The notes under the pieces are model-generated. The model did no database searches and was not told the origin of the DNA. It saw only the letters and a list, made by a program, of their open reading frames with translations. This document shows, in pieces, positions 51,781-64,000 of a DNA stretch of 64,000 nt (positions within the stretch are counted from its first letter, which is position 1; every line of letters starts with the position of its first letter). The translations under genes were made by a program, and so were the position numbers. The DNA is from Chiloscyllium plagiosum (Eukaryota). The DNA is taken from assembly GCF_004010195.1 (NCBI RefSeq), contig NC_057718.1, positions 94,862,702 through 94,926,701 of the forward strand, read 5' to 3'.

Positions 51781-54106
51781 TTCATCCCTTAGCCTGTTGA
51801 TTTTCATAGGCTGTCAGTCTAGCTAACTTAAACTTAAATCTCTTGGCATGGTGTACAGGAGCTTTTGTTGCTAAAGCTGAGATAGAAATACAAGAAGTGG
51901 TTTCTGGCCAATACTGTGAAAGGTTAGGGATAAACAAAGACCATCTGGCAGGATATCTTAAGATTCTGAGTACCTGTAGAACCCTAGTGTCAGCACCATC
52001 AGTAGAGAAGGGACTGGAGTGGAACAAATAGAAAATCAGCCCAGTATTGGACTCTAGTTCTCTACAATGAACACCTTTGAACCTAAGTTTCATAGATGTA
52101 GATTTGGGTTGAATTCCTGTTGCGTTTCCCTACTTGCCCAAGTAATACAATCAGAAGAATTCGAAAATCACTTTCATTGTAATACTGAAAGTTAATTTGA
52201 ATCAGGAGAAATCCTACACAACTCCACCCATCTCTTGTACAAATAAACTTTTATTCAACACCTCTCAACTTATCTTCAACTTTTATCGTTCCATAGCTCA
52301 TTAAAAAAAGAGTGAATTATGTAGTGATTGTAACAGGGTCAGCCAGGTGGACCTTGTGGAATATGAGTTCCCTGAATGGAGCTATTAATCTGACCCAATC
52401 AGGGAGCTCTGGCTGGTAGATATAAATAGGAGTGTCAGAAGTTCTGTTCACTCTGAGAAAGTGAGATCATTGTCAAGGAGTTTTCACATGTAAATAAAGG
52501 CTGATTTAGTGATGGGCCAATGGCCTCTCTGGAGTTATTTCCATGGCAATGAGAGAAAAACATGCTCCTAAAGAAATCCACTTACAACAGTTGTCTTTGA
52601 ATTGGGTAAGTATTTCTGACATCATGCAGTTATTTGAAAAGCGTGACTCGTTCGATCCTGCCATCAAAGACTGGGCCCAGTATATGTGTTATTTTTTACC
52701 AGGCAGTTGACACTGGGGCAGATGAAAAGCAATGAGTAATTCTCTTGACAGCTTGCACACCCACAGCTTTTTCAGTTATTGGGAGCCTAACTTTCCCTGA
52801 GGCAACAGATAATAAAACCTTTCAAGAGTTGATGGATTTTGTGAAGGAATATTATGACCCCAAACCTCCTTTAATTCTGAAACACTATTAGTTTTACTCA
52901 GCAATTTGAGAACCAGGGAATCTGTATTGGGATTTTTGACTCGGTTAAGAGGACTGGAAGAGGCGTGTTACTTTGGTTTAACCCCGAATGAGATGCTGAG
53001 AGACTGTTTGGTATGTGGGATTAATGATGTAACCATGCAACAGCGCCTTCTAGCTGAAGAACAACTGCACTTCAAACAAGCACTACAACTGACTTTATCA
53101 TCAGAAAATGTAGCAAGAGAAGCATATGAATTGCAGGGTATCCCAGAGAAGTGGACACCTTCATCAGTCCAGCTGACATGGGGAACCCCATTTGGGTGCA
53201 GGCAATTGTATAACCTCACTCAGGTCATATCCTGAACAGAGGGGCTCTAGGTCAGCTCACAGCAAAGCCCAAAACAAATCCAAGCCTTGGCCAAATGGTT
53301 AAAATTTTCTCCAGGACCTGGGCGGGCAAGCTGTTGTTGTTACTGCCAGTATGTGGGCTTGAGACATTAAGAGTCCCACTGGATCTAAATTGAGTAAGAG
53401 AACTCATAGACTTATATCCAGGAGAGTGCACACCTGAGAAAATCCACCTGTATGTGGTTTGGTACAGTTAACTTGCTTAGCAACATCCAATCAGACCCAA
53501 TCAAAATTAACATCTATTAAAATGGTCACCTGGTTTGAATGGAGATCAACGCTCACGTGGCTGTATCAGTGAAAGCAGAATCAGTCTTTAACAAAATTTG
53601 GTCTGGATTCCAACCCTTCAGTTTGTGCGACACCTTGGCTGGACTGAGAACCTGTACCGGGTTACCTTTACAGATTACGGATGCAACTTTGGTTCCGGTC
53701 TCTGAGAAGCTGCTGTTTCAATTCCCGCTGATTGTGGTAAAAAGCTTGGGCCCAAGCTTGATGGGGCAAAAATGTTTGAGAAAGATTCACCTAGATTGGC
53801 TCAATATTATTCAATCAGAAACTGGCTTCCTAAGTGAAGTCCTAATTAAAATACCTGGAAATTTTTCAAGAAGATTTACGGATTTTCAAAGGAGCCAAGG
53901 CCACCTTGCCTGTTGATTAGGAAGCAGTTCCACAATTCTGGAAGGTACAATTTGCCTTACTGCAAAAGTAGAGGCAGAAATCAGAGGTCTGGAAAGTGAA
54001 GAAATGATCAAAACAGTCCAGTCTGGGTCGGTTTGTGTACATTTTAAACAACGGTAAACCACTTTCTGCAGCTGGCTAAATACCCAATTCCTCATTTTAT
54101 GCAAGG

Positions 54107-54428
54107 GCAGCCAACATCATCGAAAACCCTTTCCACCCCAGTTACAATCTCTTCCAACTTCTTCCGTCAGGCAAAAGATATAAAAGCTTAAACACATATA
54201 CCAATAGTTTCAAGAACAGCTTTTTGTCTGCTGTTACTAGACTTCTGACTGGCCCTCTCAAATCTCAAACCTAATGTTAATCTTATTTTGTGCGCATCTT
54301 CTTTGCAACTGCAACTTTGTATTGCTCGCTGTGTTGATCTTTGTATCTTACAATCTGCCTGTACTGCATGCAACACAAAACTTCTCACTGTAGTTAGATA
54401 CATGTGACAACAATAAATTAAATTATTC
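54107..54428 (+). mobile_element. Rex1-type LINE 3' end inserted in the Gypsy RT
   Basis: gcagccaacatcatcgaaaaccct...cttccgtcaggcaaaagata...catgtgacaacaataaatt matches the 20932-21250 tail. Confidence 0.8.
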
Positions 54429-55339
54429 ACAAAGGTGTCAGGGGAGCTGTTGTTAACAAAGCTGGATATCATCCATGCATACTTGCAATTGTGGTTAGTT
54501 GAGGATTCCCAGAAGTATGCTACAATTAATATCCATAAGTGTTTGTACCAATAGATAAGACTGCCATTTGGGGTATCATCAGCCTGTGCAGTTTTTCAGT
54601 GAATGATGGAGAAAAAGTTCGCTATTTATCTAGATGACGTGCTAATAACAAGGAAGACCAGTAAGGAGTACTTAGAGAACTTGGACATAGTCCTTAGACA
54701 TTTCTCCCAGGCAGGCATATGCCTGGGCACCCCAAGTGACCTACTTGAACTGCAGAGGTGATAACAGCGCGTACACCTGCTATAAGATAAAGTGAGGGCG
54801 ATCAAAGGTGCCCTAGCTCCTAAGTCAGTACTGGAGCATATGTATTTCCTTGAGCTGGTGAATTATTATGGAAAGGTCATACATAACCTGGTCTCCATCC
54901 TGGCACCTTTGCATCAACTCCTAAAAAAGGGTCAGCCTTGAAAACCCTTGCCTTCAGGGAAGTGAGAAACAGCTACCATCCTCAAAGGTGTTGGCACACT
55001 ATAATCCCAAGCAAGATCTGCATTGACATGTGATGGATTGGAGTAGTATTAACTCATAGGTGGCCAAGTGGAGAGGAATGTCTCATAAGGTATGCATGCA
55101 AAACTTTGGCTAATGCAGAGCGTAAATGTCTAGACAGAGAAGGAAGCTTTGGCTGTCATTTTTGGAGTCAGGAAGTTCAGTTGGTACTTTTTAGGTAAAT
55201 TTATAATAATAATGGACCACAAACCCCTGCTAGGTCGACTTAAAGAGGAAAAGGCAGTGCTGCTCATAGCTTCAGGCCGAATTCGGTGGTGGGCTGTAGT
55301 ACTAAGTGCGTATATTTACAAGTTGGAACACCATCTGGA

Positions 55340-55868
55340 AGATCTGGACACCCAGTTATACGAAAAATATTATCAAGCAGGAAACGTTTCAGAAGAGATT
55401 TGCCAGGATGTTGCCAGTTATAGAAGGTTTGATTTATAAAGAAGGGCTGAATAGGCTGGGATATTTTTCAATGGAATGTAGGAGGTTGAGAAGTGACCTG
55501 ATAGAAGTTCATGAAATAATGAGGGGTATAGTTAGAGTTGATGCTAGTTATCATTTCCCTAAGATGGAGAATTTCAAGACAAGTAAGCACATTGTTAAGG
55601 TCAGAGGAAAGACTTAAAAAAGGCATAAGAGACAAATCTTTTACTTACAGGGCAGTTTACATGTGGAATGAACTTCCTGAGAAAGTGGTGAATGCAGGTA
55701 TAATCACAATGTTTAAAAGATGTTTGGATGGATAAGTGAAAAGGAAAGGTTTGGAGCTACACAGGCCAGGAGCAGGCAGGAGGGGTTAGTTTAGTTTGGG
55801 ATTATGTTCAGCATGGACTGGTTGGACCGAAGGGTCTGTTTCTGTGCTGTATGACTCTATGACTCTAT
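55340..55868 (+). mobile_element. CR1-type LINE 3' fragment inserted in the Gypsy RNase H/integrase junction
   Basis: 'FQKRFARMLP..EGLNRLG.FSMECRRLRSDLIEV' with a (atgactct)n tail. Confidence 0.85.
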
Positions 55869-57466
55869 TTATCAAGTAGCAAACATGGATGTATTGAGCC
55901 ATCTCCTGCTGGCAGATACATCACTGGTGGTACCACCATTGGAACAGTCTGTAATGGTTTGAAATTTTCTGGACACACTTCCAGTCACAGCTGGCTTTGG
56001 ACTCAGAAAGACCCAGTACTGGCCAAACTGAAACAGCTGATGGTGTCGGGGAAAACCAAAGGTCTGTCACAACTGGAATTGAAACCTTCTTGGACCTGGA
56101 GACACCAGACCACAGTAGAGGTTGGCATGTTATTATGGGACCAAGTAATTATCCTGAGCAAGGTTCACTGCCAGACACTGGCTGACCTCCACCAGGGTCC
56201 TCCAGGTGTTTCCAAAATGAAGATGTTGGCAAGAAGTTACTTTTGGAGGCCAGGTTTGAATGCTGTGTTGGTGGGGTAGAGCCCAGAGTGCCAACAAGGA
56301 CAAACATTATCTCCAGCAGCACCCCCACGTTCATGAGAATGGCTGGGCTAATCCTGTACTTGGTTATACATTGACTATGTAGGTCATTTCATGGACTTAA
56401 TGTTCTTAGTCATCGTGGATGCCCACTCAAAATGACTAGATGTGCATAGAGTTCATTCGTCAAACACTGGGATGATGATAGTGCAATACATAGATTGCTG
56501 GAAGTGTTGGTCATATATAATGGGCCATTGTTTACTGGCAGGAAATTTGAGTATTTGCTAAAGTTGAATGGCATTCAGCATGTAAGGACAGCTGCATACC
56601 ATCCATCGTCTAATGATCTGGCAGAAAAAGGGATCCAAACTTTGAAGGCAGGCCTAAAGGCTTCAATAGATACCAAATGGTCCCAGTTCCTATTTGATTG
56701 TAGGACCATCTCTCATTCACCTACAGGGATAGCTCCAGCATGTTGCTTATCAGGAAAAGACTCCCACCAGGTTAACTCTGATCTTCTCGGATCTGGAGGG
56801 AAGCTGAAAAGGCATCAGGAATGCCAGTGTCAGACACAAGACTCCGCTAAGCAAGAAATATAGTTTACTTCAGGAGATGAGTTTTGTGTAGGAACCACAG
56901 GAATGTCCTTGTGTGTGTAAGTGGCAAGATTGATGTGAGGTCATAGCCAATGGCATATAAAGTTCAGATAGGTGCAATGGTCCTGAACAAACACATGGAC
57001 TATATGAAAGCTGCAAACTATCAAACAGTGCAGGAACAAAACGTGCCTGGCTCCTCAACTGCCTTTCTGATTGTTCTGGAACCTGTGGGTACTCCTCTCT
57101 GTCAAGCATAAAGATACCTCAGTACCTAAGATAGAGACAGTAGATGTCACTGCCTCGATGCCTTTGCTCCCTGAAGAGGAGAATGAATTTTTTCCAAGTT
57201 GCTGCAGGCGCAAGAGGCGAGTGACTGTGTGTTTCACACGGACTGTATCAGAGGCAGAGTTGGAGGAACCTGACCTGGTGCTGAACCTCCCCAGGAGAAT
57301 CTACAACAAAAGAACCGGCCTACGTCTTCAGACTCAGACCGGGAGGGATGTAGTGTTTACAACAGGGTTAGCCAAGTGGACTCATGAGTTCCCTGATTAG
57401 AGATGTTAATCTGATCCAATCAGGGAGTCTTGGCTGACAGCTATAATTAGGAATGTCAGAAGTTCT

Positions 57467-57699
57467 AAATAAAAACCGAAAGAACCGCAGATGCTGTAAA
57501 TCAAACAAAACAGAAATTGGTGGAAATGCTCAGCAGGCCTGGCAGCATCTGTGAAGAGAAATCAAAGTTAATGATTCAGGACCGGTGACCCTTTCTCCGA
57601 ACATTCTGAGGAAGGGTCTCCAGACCCAAAACATTAACTTTGATTTCCTTTCACTGATGCTGCCAGGCCTGCTGAGTGTTTTCAGCAGCTTCTGTTTTT
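57467..57699. mobile_element. Penelope-derived fold-back element (family B) inserted in the Gypsy 3' LTR
   Basis: 14-bp TSD atgtcagaagttct at 57453-57466 and 57700-57713; inverted arms; CTGAGGA A GGGTC TCCA GACCC aAAAC aTT AAC at 57606-57638. Confidence 0.85.
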
Positions 57700-60549
57700 A
57701 TGTCAGAAGTTCTGTTCACTCTAAGAGCTCGCTCTGAGAAAGCTGAATCAATCTTAAGTACTCTCCACATAAAAATAAAAGATGGCTTGGTGACGGACTA
57801 CCAGTCTCTGTGGAGTTATTTCAAATTGCATTTTGTACCTTGCAAAATCTCAGCACCAAATTACTTTATAACTAATTCAGTATTTCTATAGTGTAATTAC
57901 TGTTGTAATATAGGAAATGCTAATTTAAACATGGCAATGTACCATAAGCAATTTATGATGATCAGATGATCTGTTTTTAGTGATGTTGATTGAATGTAAA
58001 TTTGAACCAAGAGATTAAGGGAAGCTTTTCGAAGTAGTGCTATGGAATCTTTTTCATCTACCTGAGAGAATAGACAGAGCCCTGGGTATAATGTCTCACT
58101 CAAAAGTTGGAACATTGACAGTGTAGCAGACCCTCAGTACTGCACTGGGAGTGTCAGTCCAGATTTTTTGCTCATGTTTTAGGAGTAACAACTTGAACTT
58201 ACAATATCCTTGACTGAGAGACAAAAAGTATTCCCTATTGAGCTTTGCTACACTGGGACCTGGGTCAGCTTTTCATTTCCAGAATGCAAGTCTGTTTTGA
58301 CTACCTGTCTCCACTGTTCCCCGAAATGAGAAGGGCTGATTCAGCATAGTCCAGTATTGAAACTTGAGATTGTGTTGGCCATTAGTGGTTAATTTTCACA
58401 TTGGAGCAGTGAACAGGTTGTTAGTTCTGTACTTCTTGTTGGGTGATAAATGCAGAGATACTGGTGATGGAAAGGTCACTCATATTACACCGGTGGGAAA
58501 TGTAATAATATTACTTCCAATCACTGCAATAAATTTTACTTAGCTCTCTGCAGGAACCCCTGAAGTATTTAGATATGCAGACATACAGGAGGTGGGCGGT
58601 TGGTGTACCTAAGGGAAATTACTGCATTACCTGACTGTCAGTAATTACTACATAATGTAATATTTAACTAAAGGTAGTCACGTTTAAGGAAGCTGTGGCA
58701 TTATATTTCAGGGCCAGAGTATCGGAAAGATTAATAAACAGATGAGGTTTTGTTACAGCTCTGTGTCATTTAATTGCATTGATGGAAGACTGAGTTTCGA
58801 ACTGTTTCATTGCAACCACAGAGTCACTGATTTTTTATTTCTAGACAATAATGAGCGATGCTGTCCTTTGAGTTCTTGCTTCTACAGTTCCACCTTTTGC
58901 TTATGATAGATTCCACAGACAGAAACAATATTTGACCCCTCACCCCAGTGTGAACCTCGATAATACACTGGTCAAGGTTCTCCAAACGATAAAAGGATCT
59001 GACATGAGGTAAAAATAAACTATTTTCTGGAGTTAGAAAATCAGGAAGAAAGGGATATAAAATTGGAGGGAAGGCCTTTCAGAAGTGAAATCAGGAAGCA
59101 CCTTTTCACACAATGGGGAGTGAAAATGTGAGTCTTCCTTTTCCCAAAGAGCTGGGGTGGTGGGAGTCAATTATAGCTATCAAGACTGAGATTGATAAAT
59201 ATTTGTTTATATGACTATCATAAGACATGGAGCAATGACTTGTAAATGGAGTTGCGGTGTAGCTCAGCCTTGATCTAATTATATTCCAGAGTGTGGTGCT
59301 GGTAAAGCATAGCAGCATCCGCGGAGCAGGAGGATCGACGTTTCAGGAATGAGGTTGTGAGCCGAGGGGGTGGTGACATAAATGGGAGGGGGGTGGGGCT
59401 GGGGGGGAAGGTAGCTGAGAGTGTGATAGCAAGGTTTCCTCCTAGCCCTGAACTGACTTTTGACGTATTACTTTCTGGAGGGGCAAGATGCCACAAATGA
59501 TTCTGAGTTGATCTTCACCCAAAAAGAAAGAGCTTTCACATCTTACACTTCTTCAAAATGCCTAAAAATGCTTTACCGACAATGAAGTGCAATTGAAGTT
59601 AAACTGCTAAAGTCCATTTTAGAGATGTTGATTGAAGGAAAATATTAGCCAGAACACTGGGAAAAACTTCCCTGCTTTAATTTGTAAAACGATAGTGGAA
59701 CCTTTGCATCCACCTGAGAGGACAGAGGAATGCCTTTCTTTAATGTTTTAACTGAAGGCAATCGTCACTGACAATGAAGCACTTCCTCAGTACTGTATAG
59801 GAGCATCAGCCTTGATTCTGTGCTCTAATCCAGGGCTTAAATCCTTGATTTCTGAGCATCAGAGACACAAATACTACCAGTAAGCCAAGGGTTATTATCA
59901 AGCGTTCACAAGTGGGCATTTCTGAGCTGAGGTAATTGAATTGCTGTTAGGAGCAGAATCCCTGGCTGATTTAGGTTAACCTCACCAATTAAGTGGTGGC
60001 ACACTTACATCTGTCACTTCAAAGTTGTGGTCAAACTGCGTTCCTGGACTTGATCAACATAGTCCTCAGGGAGTGCTACAACGTTGGACTTGCATTTCCT
60101 ATCCTGTCTCTGTTGTCATAGACATTAAAGACCACACTATTTGAAGTCAACCCGAAAGTTCCCCTTGTCCCTAGTCAATGTGTTCCCTCACCTATAATTC
60201 CTGATTCTTTTGCTGGTGTGCTTAGAAATGGCTGCTACATTTACCTACAAATAACTAGCTCTCAAAATAATTTATTGTGCATGAAATGTTTTGGCATTAT
60301 AGTATTATATATGATATCATAACATAACTTGATGCCCACATGTCTGTGGGCAGAGACAAGTAATTCTGTTCTAGATTTTAGAGGGAGCAGATGTATCTGT
60401 ACCAGCTGCCTCAGATCCTAGTAACTATGCCTGACCAAATGTAATTGTACTTCTAAAGTATAATATAGAAAAAGAGAGTGAGAAGAAACTCTCCAGTTCT
60501 GGCAGGATCTGTGGACTGTTGGACCAAAACCTGGTGTTGTGTGATTTTT

Positions 60550-61400
60550 AACTTGGAGGGGAAAACAGAGTCAACATTTCAAGTCCAAAGGACTCAACTT
60601 TGAGCTTGAAGATGGCTAGAAAATAGTAATTTTTATGTTGGTAGAAAAGGTTAGGAGGAGAAAGTGGAACAAATGATGAAGATGCCCAGAACAAAAGATA
60701 ACAGTGATAAAGGAGCGATTGAGATGTAAGATACATGTGTGAATGGTGAGTTTGAAAAGAAGAAAATATGTCAGCTTTGCTGAGAGCAAAGTTAACAAGA
60801 CACAAACAATATGTGAAAAGGTAATTAAAATGGAGGATGTCGTTCACGCTCTGAAGTTGTTTAAGTTGGTGACGAGTTCTGGAAGCTGTAAAGTATCGAG
60901 ACAAAAAAATGTGCTATTCCTCCAGCTTCTGTTAAACTTCAATGGAATACTGCAACAGACCAAGAACAGTAATGTTGGCATGACAACAAAAAGATTTATT
61001 GGAATTGCAAGCAACTGGAAGGTGACAGAGTAGAGATGTTCCTCAAAATAGTCACCCAATCCTTGTTTAGTTTTGACAATGTGCAAACAGCTGCTTTGTC
61101 AGCAGCAAACACTAGATTGAAAGAAGTACAAATGAATCACTATTTCAAATGGAAGATATGTTTGCGGTCTGAGTAAGTGAGGAGGTAAGAGGGCAAGTGG
61201 TACACCTTCTGCGATTACATGAGGATGTGGCATGGGAGGGTGAAAGAAGGGTGGACTAGGATTTCATAGAGGGAAATCTCTGAGGAATATTGACAGTAGA
61301 TAGGAAGGAAAATATGTTTGGTAGTGGCACCTTGTGAGAATTGGCAGAAAAGGGAGTGGATGATAATTTGAAGAGGTAGATTGCTGGGGTGGAAAATATC
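60550..61400 (-). mobile_element. Old Penelope-like element fragment (family B, GIY-YIG remnant)
   Basis: Minus strand 'HIVKTKQGLGDYFEEHL.SV' endonuclease-like remnant, next to the family-B terminus (gaaaacagagtcaacatttc). Confidence 0.55.
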
Positions 61401-62184
61401 TGCACTATTTGAGGATTGTCAACACCACCCATTTGCTGCTTTAACCCTCATTTTTACCTAGGTTTGACGATTCCAATCCAGCCCTGACCAGTCTCTCATA
61501 TTTAATACTCTTTAAATGTGTGGCCTGCTTATCTACATTAATTTCATGTATCCTTATTATCTCTATATCCAAAATCCCTATACCCACCACCCCATGTTGA
61601 TTGCTTAACCAGGAGCCAATGTAGGTCTACATTTTACATTTTAAAATTTTAATCTTTTTTTCAAATCTCTCTCAGGTGTCTCTGGAATTTTAGATCTTGT
61701 GTGTCCACAATTTCAATTACTCCATGATTGCTAGTCATGCCTTCAGCTGCCTAGACCTTAAACTTTGGAATTTTTACCGTGAACCTCTCTGCTTCTCTAC
61801 CTCTCTTTCCTCCTATAAGATCCTCCTTAAAACTACTTCTTTGATCAAGAGTTTGGTTATTGCCCTCTTAAGGCTTTATCCGGTTCCGTCCCAAATTTTG
61901 CCTCATAATACTTTTGTTTTGTTAAGTTATGTGTGTTATATAAAAATTGGCTGTGTCTAAAATGGAGGAATTATCATCCAATTTTTCCTGCTCCTGATTT
62001 CTACAATCTTTAGTTGCCATGTGGATTTTTGTGAGAACAGAGTTGGATTTGCTTGTGATATTTCCCCTTTACAGTCAGATTATTATTTGATATTCTCCAT
62101 GAGAAATTAGAATTCTGCTGGGCTGGGTTAACACCCAGAGATAAAGACATGTAGGAGATAATTTTAAAAAAACTTTTGGGTATG

Positions 62185-63259
62185 TGAGATGCTGCATTTT
62201 GGAAAGGCAAATCAGGGCAGGACTTATACACTGAACAATGAGACCTTGGAGTACAGGTTCATAGTTCCTTGAAAGTAGAGTTCCAGGCAGACAGGATCAT
62301 GAAGAAGGCGTTTGGTATGTTTGCTTTATTAGTCAGTATATTGAGTATAGGAGTTGGGAGCTCATATTGTGACTATACAGGACAGTGGTTAGGCCACATT
62401 AGGAATACTGCATGTGATTCTGGTCTCCCTGCTTTAGAAAGGATGTTGTGAAACTTGAAAGGGTTCAGAAAAGATTTACAAGGATGTTTCTAAAGTTAGG
62501 GGGGGGTTGAGCTACAGGGAGAGGCTGAATAGACTGGGATGGCACAGTGGCTTAGTGGTTAACACTACTGCCTCACAGCACCAGGGACCCGGATTTGATT
62601 CCAGCTTCGGCTGACTGCCTGTGTGGAGTTTGCACATTCTCTCCTTGTCTGCGTGGGTTTCCTCTGGTGCTTGGGTTTCCTCCCACATCCAAAGATGTGC
62701 AGGTCAGGTGAATTGGCCATGCTAAATTGCCCATAGTATTCAGGGATATGTAGGTTAGCTGCAATAGTCAAGGGTAAATGTAGAGGAATGAGTTTGGATG
62801 AGATACTTTTCAGAGGATCCGTGTAGATTTGTTGGGCCATAGGGCCTGTTTCCACACTGCAGGGATTCTAAGTTCTTCTATTTTCCCTGGAGCTTCGGAG
62901 GCTGAGGGGTGACCTTATAAAGGTTTATAAAATCATGGGGTCATGGATAGCTAAGGTCTTTTTCCCAGGGTAGGGTAGTTCAAAACTAGAGGGCATAGGT
63001 TTAAGGTGAGGAGGGAAAGATTTAAAGGGACCTCAGAGGCAACGTTTTCATGAAAAGGGTGGTGTGTGTATGGAATGAGTTCCCAGTGGAAATGGGAACA
63101 ATATTTAAAAGGCATCTGGATGGGTATATGAATAGGAAGGGTTTAGACGGATATGGACCAAATGCCTGCAAATGGCTCTAGATTAATTTAGGATATCTGG
63201 TCAGCATGGGTGAGTTGGACTGATGGGTTTGTGTCCATGCTGTACAGCTCTATGACTAT
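62185..63259 (+). mobile_element. CR1-type LINE 3' fragment containing an HE1/V-SINE-like insertion (about 62539-62872)
   Basis: CR1 ORF2 C-terminal DNA; SINE head ggcacagtggcttagtggttaacactactgcctcacagcaccagggacccggatttgattcc and tail cctgtttccacactgcagggattct. Confidence 0.85.
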
Positions 63260-63683
63260 GGTGGAGAGATAGGGACTGAACAAAGACTTGAACTAGAACA
63301 GCACCCCGGTTATGTCAGGGTTTTGAGCTTGAATGGAATCCAGAATTGTGGAAGCTCTTTGATTCTTGGCCCTCAGCTGCTCATTCCCACAATGAATAAT
63401 CCATTGGTGAGCAATTCTTAGATTAAAACAGATTTCCAAAATGGTTTCATGAGATCATCTTAGTTTTGTATGCTAATTGTTGGATATCTGCATTTCTTCT
63501 ATATGTATTAGTTTATTCATAATTTCTACACAAAATAATAATTTTGCAATTATATTATTTTCATCAATTAATACTGTGTTTCAGATGTTAACACTGAGGG
63601 TTTCAGGAGTGTTGAATATTTCAGGAAGGTCTGCAATACATTTAAAATAAACCACTACCTGTAATAGAAGAAAATTAACTTAA

Positions 63684-64000
63684 CTCCTCTCCCCCTACTA
63701 AAACATTTAAACCCTGGGACCTGCAACAGCCAATCCTGTCCCTGTTCTAGCCATGTCTCCGTAATAGCCACAACATCGAAGTCCCAGGTACCAACCCACG
63801 TTGCAAGTTCACCTACCTTATTTCGTATACTTCTTGCATTGAAGTATACACACTTCAAGCCACTTTCCTGTTTAAAGGCACCCTCCTTTGAGATTGATGC
63901 CATGTTCCTAACCTCCTTACACTCCAGGTCCTGCACCCTAAAGCTACAGTCTAGGTTCCCATGCCCCTGCAGAGTTAGTTTAACCCCCCCCCCCCAAGAG
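63684..64000 (-). mobile_element. CR1-type LINE, ORF1 end / ORF2 AP-endonuclease start (runs off the window)
   Basis: 'GLKCVYFNARSIRNKVGEL..W..DFDVVAITETWL...W.LQVPGF' is the APE domain N-terminus. Confidence 0.88.

Larger units (their letters stand above)
52320..57823 (+). mobile_element. Full-length decayed Gypsy (Mag-like) LTR retrotransposon; LTRs about 52320-52543 and 57349-57823
   Basis: Paired TGTAGTG...TTATTTC(C)A LTRs, TSD aatta/aattg, PBS tggcaatgag and PPT gggaggga (57341-57348). Gag 'FDPAIKDWAQY..LRDCLVCGIND..QQRLLAE', protease 'MEINAHVAVS', RT 'YLDDVLIT', RNase H 'LAVIFGVRKF..DHKPL', integrase 'LHQGPPGVSKMKMLARSYFW..YHPSSNDLAE'. Confidence 0.92.

Noticed and set aside
62539..62605. 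tRNA gene (also at 2377 and 28785)
   Set aside because: The A/B boxes are SINE heads followed by SINE body and tail; no full cloverleaf is supported.

Overview
Vertebrate genomic DNA, most likely a shark or other cartilaginous fish (inferred from HE1/V-SINE-like, Deu-SINE-like, CR1, Rex1 and Penelope repeats). It holds the 5' part of one + strand protein-coding gene, a GZF1 (ZBTB23)-like BTB/C2H2 zinc-finger gene. The gene has a CpG-island promoter at about 19.8-20.65 kb and phase-consistent coding exons at 34821-36167, 48440-49414 and 50054-50148, and probably continues past the window. Most of the rest is decayed transposable elements: CR1, Rex1 and L2 LINEs, SINEs, a full-length decayed Gypsy LTR element (52320-57823), a solo LTR and a 22/44/88-bp minisatellite. 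Two observations stand out. First, the five-finger zinc-finger block is exactly duplicated in two successive exons, 416 nt each and ending at the same intron position. Second, there are about 20 Penelope-derived insertions from at least four sequence families that carry minimal hammerhead-ribozyme motifs with covarying stems. Many of these are short fold-back hairpins with 8-17 bp target-site duplications, and their inversion point lies at the ribozyme. All family assignments come from recognising motifs by eye, not from database searches.
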